From assembly GCF_001194135.2 (NCBI RefSeq), contig NC_068981.1:20053443-20117442 (forward strand): a stretch of DNA of 64,000 nt. Direction: 5' to 3'. Position 1 is the stretch's first letter, and each line of letters begins with the position of its first letter. Source of the DNA: Octopus bimaculoides (lineage: Eukaryota). This document shows, one piece after another, positions 54,268 to 64,000 of this stretch. The position numbers were made by a program, and so were the translations under genes. The notes under the pieces are model-generated. The model was not told where the DNA came from, made no database searches, and saw only the letters and a list, made by a program, of their open reading frames with translations.

Positions 54268-54623
54268 ATTCAAATATTTTATTATCCATTTATTTTATAG
54301 TTTTCTATAAAATGGAAAAAAATCTTGGGTTAGCTTTCTAACAATATATATTCTATTGATTCTTTCCTGTTTCAAAAGCCATACTGCAAAAGCTAACTCT
54401 ACCAACAATATTTCAAACAACCAGAATTGTAGTCTTCTAAATTTTATTACTATTGATGCTACTATGCTTATTGTTAGCAAACTCAACCAAACAGTAATAA
54501 AATCAGTAGAAATTACACTACAACTATAATAAATACTAGCCAAGATAATTTTCTCCAGTTTTCAGTGATATTCTCTCGCAATGGCCAACTTTAAATGATC
54601 CACTTGTGTTTATTGATTAAATG
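54268..54623 (+). repeat. second copy of the 355/356-bp duplication; keeps the 82-aa minus-strand ORF 54295-54543 open
   Basis: Manual alignment with 44846-45200. Confidence 0.95.
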
Positions 54624-55707
54624 CTCCATTATAGTCAAATTTCTTAGTTTGTCCAACACAGATTCCACTATGAAATTTCTTTGTTACTAAATCTATATAG
54701 ATATAAATGAATATGTCTCCTCTTATAATCCTAATATTCCCATTTGAACATTCTCGTACACATGGGCCTCCTTGTTAATTTTATGTTAATTCTTTTAACA
54801 TTAGTTGCACAGTTTACCAATGACAACTATTATTTTTATATCTTCTGAAAATACCAAAGCAGTTTACTGGGAGTACCAGTAGTATGATACACAAAATGAC
54901 TTCTGGTATTTAACTACACCCACTTATATTCTGTGTTAAAATGAATCCTATTGGAGTTGACTTTTTGTCTCATTCTTCAAGAATGAATGAATACCAGTGA
55001 TATACTGGAGTATAGTCATTTATACTTCACACCCTAACTTTATTTTGCCTTGTGCCAAATTTATATTTGGTCAGGAAAAGAAAATTCTAGTTTTATATAA
55101 TTTAGTTTGAACATCATATACCAGCTGAGAACACATGAATCTCTGGTTATCTCAGTGAAGCAGCACTGTCTCACTCCATTTCCTACCTGAGAATATGTAA
55201 TAAAATCATAATCAACCCTTAGGCACTCATACTGATAATTATAACTTTTATAATTAAACTCTAATGAGACACATTCAAACATAGTATTATATGTATATAT
55301 ATATCACTAAAACTAACCTGTAATAATAGTCAAGTTGAGACTACAGTAGGCAACAATACAGGAATTGTCATCAAAAAGAATCGCATCACTTCAATTAAAT
55401 CATAACCATTAATTTGTACTATGGCCATGTAATAGGTTGATGGTGTCGCTACTATTAATAGCGACATATACAGAAATACTATTCTAAAATTAGAGTAAAA
55501 CCAACCATTTATCACCTATTAGTAGCTAATTGTGCTCATTACTAATCTTTCTTGTGTATATGATAAGCATTGATAGAAGAAATTTAATTAGCAGCAACTA
55601 CTGTATATTTGTGATTTACAACTAGTGTTGAACTTTGAAAATAGACTAACTTAATTTCATTAATTTAATTATATTATTGACTAGACTGTAATTTCCTTTC
55701 TTTTCAG

Positions 55708-55784
55708 CTACTGTTTATATCAGCAATGGCACCAATATTCTGAAAATAAGAAAAGGGCACAAAAAAGAGAGCATTTTCTCCCAG
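55708..55784 (+). other. candidate 77-nt internal exon (unassigned)
   Basis: Acceptor TTTCCTTTCTTTTCAG and donor CCAG|GTAAAA; two of three frames are open. No protein recognised. Confidence 0.25.
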
Positions 55785-57329
55785 GTAAAAATTTAGATTT
55801 TATTATTTTTTCCTCTAAACACAAAAGAAATATTTTGAAGTTGTGAAGTTTTTATTGAATTTCTTTGGTTGTTAAGTTGTTCAAGTTTGAACTAAACAAT
55901 ATTATTGTCAATAATAGTCACTTGAAACTGATTCTGGTAATTATTTCAATAAAAGGCAATCTTCTCTAGCTTAAACATCTATCAATGGTCTATTGTATTT
56001 CAAAAGAATTCAGTTCCTTTCAGTTAACTAACCATACCAGTAATATACAAGAATTGGAGTTCCAGAAAATTCTGTTTTATTGATTTTTATCTGAACATAA
56101 TATAATTGTCTTAATCTATCTCCATTTTGAAGATAGTCCTACCTCTAAGTTTTGGTACCTTAGTACGCAGATATAATGATAATTTGTTTAAATCACTATG
56201 CTTTCCAGTACAGTTAATAGTTTAGATATCATGACAAGTAGAGTTTAATTTCCATAAGAAACCGTCATTAATTCAACCTTTATATTCAATATATTTTCTC
56301 CAATTATTCCCTTCTTCAATTCCTGTTTTACTTCGAAATACAACCTCATTAATAAAGAAAAATATTAAAGAAGTGCTTAGTTTTTACCTGATAAACAGCA
56401 AATAATAAATTATAAGTAGGATGGGTGAAGTGATGAGAAGGGTAGTGTGAATTAATGATTTAATGTTTCTTAGATGAAATCTCCAGTGACAAACATTGAA
56501 GTTATAAGCAAGGCTAATGGCAAAACTAAGATTGTTTCTTCAAATTAATTATTGGAAAGAATCTCTTGGTAACCAGGAGAAAATTAAAATGAAACAAATG
56601 AGGAAATTTTATATTCTTTAAATGTGTTTAGATATATTGTAAATGAGGATTACTAATCATTCTATTAAAAAAAAAAAGACACATAAATCAACTTTAACTG
56701 AAATTTTGATGAGGTAAAAATGTTGAGGTTCAGTGAAAAATGAGAATTTTAGAAGGAAAAAATACTGAGGCTCAGTGAAAATGGAAGAGATCTAAACAGG
56801 GAAATATAAAACAAAACCAATTGGAATGAAATTCTATGAGAAATAAAATCAGTATGAATTTGTAATGAAGCCACAATCATCTCCCGTGACATTCGATCAA
56901 TATTTAAACAGTATACTTGTTTATAATTAGTCCCAGACTACTTCACAGCATGAAGACTAGACTTTAGGAGTGAGAAAATTGAGTAGGTATAAATTTAACT
57001 GGCAGTAAGGATCAAGAGAGCAATTTGGCGACATTAATACAGAATTGATTGAAATAAGTAATGGTGTGAAGCATTTGAAATTAAATCAATAAAGCACTAT
57101 TCTACTGCACAAAATGATGTTTGAAGAGATGTTATGAAATTTGAATAGTGGATTCTGTGTTTCACATTTAAAGAGAATACAAAGGAATATTCAAACACAG
57201 AGCTTTCTGTCAAAAGAAATTATTGAAGTCTTCTTATAAGGGACTGAAAATGTTAGAGAAGAGAACGGTCAGTGGAGAGTCTCTTTAAGAGTAATTGTTA
57301 ATGAGTACATGTCCAGAATTGATCTTATG

Positions 57330-58400
57330 ACAGATTTTTCAATTTATAATGATAGATAGAATAAGAATTCTCTGTAGAGGAGTCTTGAGAGGAAAATATG
57401 TTCCATGTGTCATTTATTGTAGTCATTTTTATGATGATGATTGTTATGGTAGCGGGACATAATGTAGTTTTGTGATGGTGGAAACAGTGTTGGGATAATT
57501 GAGACATATTGTAGTGTCGTAATGAGGAAACTGTGTTATTGTGCTGGTGGAGATATAATGTAGTGTAAGGTGGTGAGGACATAATGTAATATTATGGTGA
57601 TGGTCATAGTGCAATTTTGTGATGGTAGAAATGGTGTAGTGTTGTGGTGGGGGGACATAATGTAGTTTTGTGATGGTGGGGACTGTATAGTGTTGTGGGA
57701 GGTAGGTGATACAATGCAGTGTTATAGTACTGCACAATATGGTGTTGTGGTGGGAACTGCAGACACAGTATGGTGTTGTGGTAGGAACATAATGTTGTGA
57801 TGTGATTGGAAATTAATGTAGAGTTGTGAGGCAGTATGATGGTCAAACAGTGCTAAGTGGTCTAGTCTAGTGTTGTGGTGCAAACCATGTTTTTTATTGT
57901 TGCTTAACCCCAAGTCAGCTATGTTTAATCTGAGCTAGGGCATTTCAATTATTGTCATCCCATTTTATTTCCAGATATAGTATAGCTAGGACTAGAGTAT
58001 CCAATGTACTCTTTCTTGTTTAAGATGGCAGGGTTTGATATGAAGGAGTTCTGAATGACTCCTTGCAGTCTCCTGTGACTCACTGAGGCATAATGCGAGA
58101 TGATAGAGTGGTTATGGTAGGGGAAGTGCCCTATGTTGATGTTCAGTGTTGGAACAATGTAGTTTTCTAAGGCAATGTAGTTATGAGACAGTCTTGTGTG
58201 GTGTAATGTTACGATGATGTTTATGTAGAGTAGTGTCAGGGTTGGGGAGAATGTGTGGTCATGTTGTGAAGTAGTCTAATTGTAGTGATAGACAGAATAG
58301 CGTAGAAGAGTGTTGTGTAATGTAGTCTTATACTATGGGACTATGTAATAGTATTATGGCTGGGAATATGTAATGTTGTATGATTGTTGTTGTTGTTGTT
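57330..58400. repeat. degenerate GT-rich minisatellite/low-complexity tract (GTAGTGTTGTGGTG..)
   Basis: Read directly; explains the T/H-rich minus-strand ORFs. Confidence 0.75.
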
Positions 58401-60885
58401 ATTTAACCCCAGGGCAGCTCTTTTTGAGCACAGCTATGATCAAAAGTGTTAAAGCTATAATCATGTCATCTTTGTTGAAGGTATAATCCACCCAGGGTTC
58501 CATTAAACTGCATATATGTTTTCTCATTTTAAGATGGTAGAGTGTAAGTTGAAGGAGATTTAGTTACTATTTCTAGCAAAATGATTGACCACATTAAAGC
58601 TCCCTCTTTAGCGCATGCAAAGGTGTAGTGCAATACTTAATCTCAGACGGGGCAAGTGTTGCATGACAACAAGTTGTTGATAGAACAGAGATTAAATATA
58701 GACAGAGTCGTGTCAGCATGCAAACTATCATGAACTCTGGACTAAATCTTTCCATTGTATTCCATTAATTATAAAACACCAGAACATTTCAAAGACTGAA
58801 TTTGGGAATGAAGGTTTGATTAGGAAAAATATATTTCCAACCAAAGATGTGAATTTACTGCAAATGCCTGAGAATACTGAATAAATGTGGTATTATATCC
58901 CTTTCAAATCTCTTTGTTTATGCATTTGTTATGGAGTATTAAAAGAGATTAAGAATTTAACATTCTTTTGATCCCAATGCTATCTTTGAGCTATCCAATT
59001 AATCTGAACACATGGAAATTCTACTCAACTTGACTCTTGACTTCTAATTAGAACCCAGCATTATTGCTTTTAATTGAAGAAATTTTCTAAGGCTTTCTAA
59101 TTATTTATTGTTAACCTAAGTCCTTTCATACTATTCTTTCAAAGTTAACTTCATCCAGAACAGTCAACTTCGTCAATTTTGATCGTTTTAACATGCACGC
59201 ACAATTTTGTATATATTGCCATTGTCTTTTATATGTTTGGTCTGTAGTTCTCTAATTGCCGTTCCACTATTACTACATAGGTTCTACAATAAGCATTTAA
59301 ACTATTCCTTGAGTAGTTGCTTATAGAAGTCTGCTATAAATTGCTTTCAGGACTTTGGTAATTATGTGATTTATCATAAATTGACCACCAAATCAGAACA
59401 TGACAAATTGCTGGTGAATGTTCAGTTACGATTCTTCAATTGGTCACGTTGTGCCAGAGGGACCTGCTTTAGTGTTTTAGTGAAATGTGACATTACTTCT
59501 GTCATTATAGAAGCTGCTTCATGCAATTATTGATAGACCTCCCATTAGTTTCAGTAATGAGAATTCAGTTGACGAATCAACTATCTCCTCATGAATGTGT
59601 TCGTGGCTGAGTATTCCATAGTCATATCATTAACAGGCTGAATTAGTGTGATACATATAATGAGGCTAGCCTTTTGAATTACTACACATTCTCTGTCTGT
59701 CTAATGTCATTTGCAAGATTTGGACTGACCTGAGGCTATAGTCAAAGGTACTTGCTTAAGATGCCATGTAGTGGATTGAACCTGAGATTTACAGTTGCGA
59801 AATAAACTTTTGGCCATTCACTATGCTTGTATCAGCAATTCAATTATTTATGTTATTATTTTGTTGATGTCTCCACTATTAACATTAACATAAAAATACA
59901 TATTTCCAGTATTGACTCTGCTTATCTATAATGTAATGATACAAGGTAACAGTGAGACAGAATTGGCTGAGAGTCAAATAAAATGCCTTGCTAGATTTAG
60001 TTATACTCTTTATGTTTTGAGTTCCAGTCATGTTGAGGTTGATAAAATAAGTTTAGTACCATAAGTATAGGCATGGATGTATGGTTAAAAAGTTCACTTA
60101 ACAATTATGTGATTTTGAGTTTGATCCTCCTGCATGGCACTTTTGTGGTGTCTTCTATCACAACCTTGGGTTTATTAATACCTATGAGGGAAACTATGTG
60201 GAAGCCCTTCATGTGTGTGTGTTTATCTTTCACTGAAGTACGTCAATGAAAGATGTATACAATGGCAAGAAAACTAAAATACCAGTGCTCGCCAAACAAA
60301 GTCCATTCAATATTGAGTTACAGAATCTTTCTTGTCATTTTCACCACCAGAAGTTTTGTGAACCAATGATTAAGCCTATCAGAAAACTGCAACCAATGGC
60401 ACCATTGTTCGCCAGATGTTATATAAAATACTTAAATAATTAAATAAACCTAGAATTGACTTAATTAAGTGTTTGCTCTTTCTAAATGTTGGGCCTTGTA
60501 CTTCTCTTTGTTAGAAATTAATATTTTATCTTCTTTTTCACTGAGATGTGATATTGATTTCTTACACGGAAAGAGTTATAGAATTAGGGAAATGGGAAGT
60601 TCTCACATCTGTCTTTCCTCAAAACCTTTGTCAACTTTATGGGTCTTAGTGGATGCATTTTATGAAAAGTCTGTGGTTAAGAATTTTCTTTTCCAACTAC
60701 TAAGCTCTAAATTCAATTTCATAGACTTCAATTGGCCACAATATCATGTGTCTCAAAAGTGTACAGAAATTCATTGTTTAAAAATGAGAGTGTGCATGTA
60801 TGTTTGTGTGGTGTGTGTGTGTGCATGCGTGTGTGTGTGTGTGTGCATGTGTGTGTGTGTGTGTGCATGCATGTGTGTGTGTGTG

Positions 60886-60929
<44 letters not shown>

Positions 60930-61065
60930 GAGAGAAGCATCTTTCACCTCAAGGACAACAGTAACTCCAAATAAGAACTGATTTGAAGTATTGTGACCCA
61001 TATTAGCATGGTAAATGAATATAAAATTGTGCTACAGATGATGTGTACATACATACATACATACA

Positions 61066-62564
61066 TCTCCATAATGATAGTAACATTGATCACCAAAGTA
61101 GTTTATCATGGACCAATAGCCGGATTACTACGTCCCACTTTGAAGGATATGTGTTTGCAATTCATGAACAGGAAATATCAACCAAGTAACTGATGCACAA
61201 AAGGGATAGAGATGCAGGAAAAGCTGTAAAATGTGACAACTAACGCACACTGAAGATATCAACCACATCGTCAGCAGTTGTCCGAAAATGTTCTCATGGT
61301 CTTATCTACCGATGACACATGATATTGTAGCTAGGATAATCCCAAGGACAAAGAAATAAGAATAACCACAATATGGTAGAAGCTATAGCCACTCATAATA
61401 AAAAGGAATACTGGTGGAATGTACCAGTGAAGACCCCAATAAAATGTAAGCACAACAGATCTGGTATAATGATTTGGGATAAAGAAGAGAAACTGTGCAC
61501 AGTTGTGGAAATTAGCTGCCCAGCGGATGTTAACATAAAGCTGAAGATCAGTGAAAAAGAAAGCACTTATGATGAACAATTGAGAAATCTGCAGTTACTC
61601 TATCCAGATTAAAAGTTCAGGTAATTATTGGGGCCTTGAGATATGTAACACACTGCCTAAATACCAATCTTGAGAAATTAAGCTTCTCAAAACCAGAAAG
61701 GAGAAAGCTAATTCAAAGACTACAGATCCAATTCATCACTGGAACTATAAAAATCTGTAAAACTTTCCAGAAGTTTATCATTTATTGTCAGGTCACTCTA
61801 GAGCGCTACTGTTAACATGTAACCTAGTACAACCTATCGCATGGTCGCTTGTCGGCGACTAAACTGGTAACCCCATCAAGCTTGCTTGGTGCAGAGGGTG
61901 ATTGTTGGACACCCTGCAGGACAAAAAATAAGACCCGTCAAAGGGCAGAAGAACTACTGTGTAGTCAACCACCAATCCAACAAGTACCTTATCACAGAAG
62001 TGTCTGTGTGCTCCATTGATCCGGAGAGCTATGCTGGAGGGAGAGAAATCTTCAGGCAGGTCTTACCAGGCCAGACAGGTCAAAGGGTAGGAGACAGATA
62101 AAACGTTAATGACAATAAATCAAAGCGGCGGCAGCAGGGCGTGGATTTAGTTGTCGGCAGGACCTAACAGATCAGATTCCTGGCTTTGAACTAGCAGGAT
62201 GTCATGCAGAGGATCTTAAATACAAGACAATGGATGAGACCCTAATATTCCTAGTTAGATGGAAACTGCGGGACTACATGGAGCAGTGCCCTGTGACACC
62301 TATAGTATGCACAACTAAAACCCCTGAAAAGGAGCATCCTATGGGATGACCTAGATGAGAGATTATCATTTAAATATATATGAGGATGTCTAGATATGCA
62401 ACTATATGCATGAGAATACATACATACATATACTTACATACAAACAAACAAACAAAAATACCCTGTTGTTGATGTTGAAATTCCAATGAAGGAGCCTTGG
62501 TTCTAGGCTAGAAACTGATTCTTTCTCTGTTGGTTAGAAATCTTGAAATAAACTAAATAATGAC
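61066..62564 (+). mobile_element. 5'-truncated R4/Dong-clade non-LTR retrotransposon (RLE type), interrupted at its stop codon
   Basis: IDHQSSLSW...SHFEGYVFAIHEQEISTK; HTEDINHIVSSCPK...THDIVAR (second half of a CCHC knuckle); KHNRSGIMIWDKEEKLCTVVEISCPAD (decayed PD..E RLE motif); KICKTFQKFII*; the 3'UTR ends at (TACA)n. Confidence 0.85.
61775..62372 (+). mobile_element. 578-bp ORF-less retroposon (61785-62362) with a 10-bp TSD
   Basis: TTATCATTTA at 61775-61784 and 62363-62372; removing the insert restores TTT ATC ATT TAA; no TIRs; no pol III boxes seen; CpG-rich. Orientation is inferred from the GATGA-like 3' end. Confidence 0.85.
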
Positions 62565-62640
62565 TACATACGTGCATACATACATACATACATACATACA
62601 TACATACATACATACATACATACATACATACATACATACG
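62565..62640. repeat. (TACA)n microsatellite; matching tract at 61046-61065
   Basis: Read directly. Confidence 0.97.
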
Positions 62641-62884
62641 GCTGGATGGACAATCTATAGCTACTTTAGTAACATTGCTAGTATCTTGTAATTCAGAAAC
62701 AGTATTTTTCAATAAAATGTACAACAGACAAGATAGTGACATCCATCTTGTCTTTTGTATTACCAGCTACAAAAGATTCTACTGAAGAATAAGGTGACCA
62801 AATTCCTGAATTCTTTCATGGAACCATGATACTGAAATAGCTACAGACACTAAATATGTGTACACTGCATTTTATAAGTTGGAG

Positions 62885-63070
62885 GTGTGTGTCTTAGTGG
62901 TTGAACTCATGATCATAAGATTGTGGTTTCAATTCCTGGACCAGGCAATGTGTTGTGTTCTTGAGCAAAGCACTTCATTTCTCATTGCCCCAGTCCACTC
63001 AGCTGGCAAAAGAGTAATCCAGTGATGGACTGGCAACCAATCCAGAGGGGAATATATACATCAAGACAAC
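62885..63070 (+). mobile_element. tRNA-derived SINE with a V-domain-like core
   Basis: B-box-like GGTTTCAATTCC, then TTGTGTTCTTGAGCAAAGCACTT and GATGGACTGGCAACCAATCCAG, resembling the V-SINE core from memory. Confidence 0.55.
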
Positions 63071-64000
63071 CGATATTAATTTTATTTGATTTCATGGCAG
63101 AATAAATGGTAAGACTTGAACTTAGAATAAAAAGATATAACAAAATACCACATGGCATTTATTTTGACTGGTAATCTACTGACTCTATTTTTCACCTTTC
63201 TATGCTTAAAGCCATAAATTTTAGGAGAGTAGCATAGCCAGTCAGAATTATGGAATGGTGTAGTCAATTAGATTAAGCCCAATACTTATCAACTCCTGAA
63301 AGATGAAAGGCAAATTCAATCTCTATGATAATAATGATACAGTGAATCAAGGTTGTCAAGGGTCATAACAGCAGTTCTGTTATTGATTTTAACATCTTTG
63401 TTACTGGTATAATTTCCAAAATACTTTACCTCTGCTTTGTTTGGAACCTAATGTTAGATTTACTCTTTCATATTACTTCGCTTGAAAATACTCTCTTAAA
63501 GTGAGACTTTAACTCCACTGACTATGGAAGTCAAGAGTTATCTGTAGAAAGTTCATTACTGGTGCAAATACACAGCTTGAATGGCTTGATACCTCCACCT
63601 CTCTCTTAATTACTCACACATTCCCCTCTCTCTGTTATACACACACATTCTCAATCTCTCTCCTTCAATCAAGAAATGGAGTCTTTTAAATTAGCTATAC
63701 CATTCCTGGCAGCTTTAGCAAAAGAAGGATGCATTGCATAACATTGACTTAGATACACTATCTCAGGAAAAACATGGGATGGTCATTGTTACAGCAGCTT
63801 TCAAAGCATTTAGGTGGATCAGAACTGGCCCTCTTAGGGCTACATAATGACAGTAAGATAAATTTAGCCTTATAAGTGGATTTGATGGACAGAAACTGAA
63901 CGAAGCCAGAGAACTGAATGAATACAGATACATACATATGCAAACACAAACACATACATATTCAGACACATACATATGTATATCAACACACACACACACA

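Noticed and set aside
54295-55515. Mitochondrial insertion (NUMT), suggested by hydrophobic AT-rich ORFs and a TGA
   Set aside because: Translation with the invertebrate mitochondrial code did not resemble any mitochondrial protein I recognise.
61886-62101. 71-aa ORF inside the 578-bp insert
   Set aside because: GTG start, no recognisable motif, and length within chance expectation.

Overview
AT-rich, repeat-saturated eukaryotic scaffold with six N-gaps, most of them flanked by (TA)n. The SINE families and microsatellite load look like a coleoid cephalopod, most likely Octopus; this is inferred from recognised repeats and was not checked. I find no intact protein-coding gene. Recognisable coding sequence is transposon-derived and decayed: a KIAA1586-like hAT transposase (~1.9-4.1 kb) with a nested TTAA MITE, three DD37D (maT) Tc1/mariner fossils, one DD34D mariner, a pogo/Tigger remnant, several RTE-clade LINE fragments and a 5'-truncated R4/Dong-clade LINE. 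The window also holds many SINEs, a 221-bp Helitron-like element, minisatellites and microsatellites. The most interesting signals are five. (1) A well-formed type I hammerhead ribozyme fold beside a (TA)n/(CA)n microsatellite at 7286-7356 (-), with a second half-hammerhead at a gap edge at 45961-45985 (-). (2) An R4/Dong element flanked on both sides by (TACA)n. (3) A 578-bp ORF-less retroposon with a 10-bp target-site duplication (TSD), inserted at that LINE's stop codon. (4) A 355-bp near-identical duplication whose flank is diverged. (5) An array of palindromic 18-bp cores in which one loop is micro-inverted. A few splice-flanked exon candidates are reported at low confidence.
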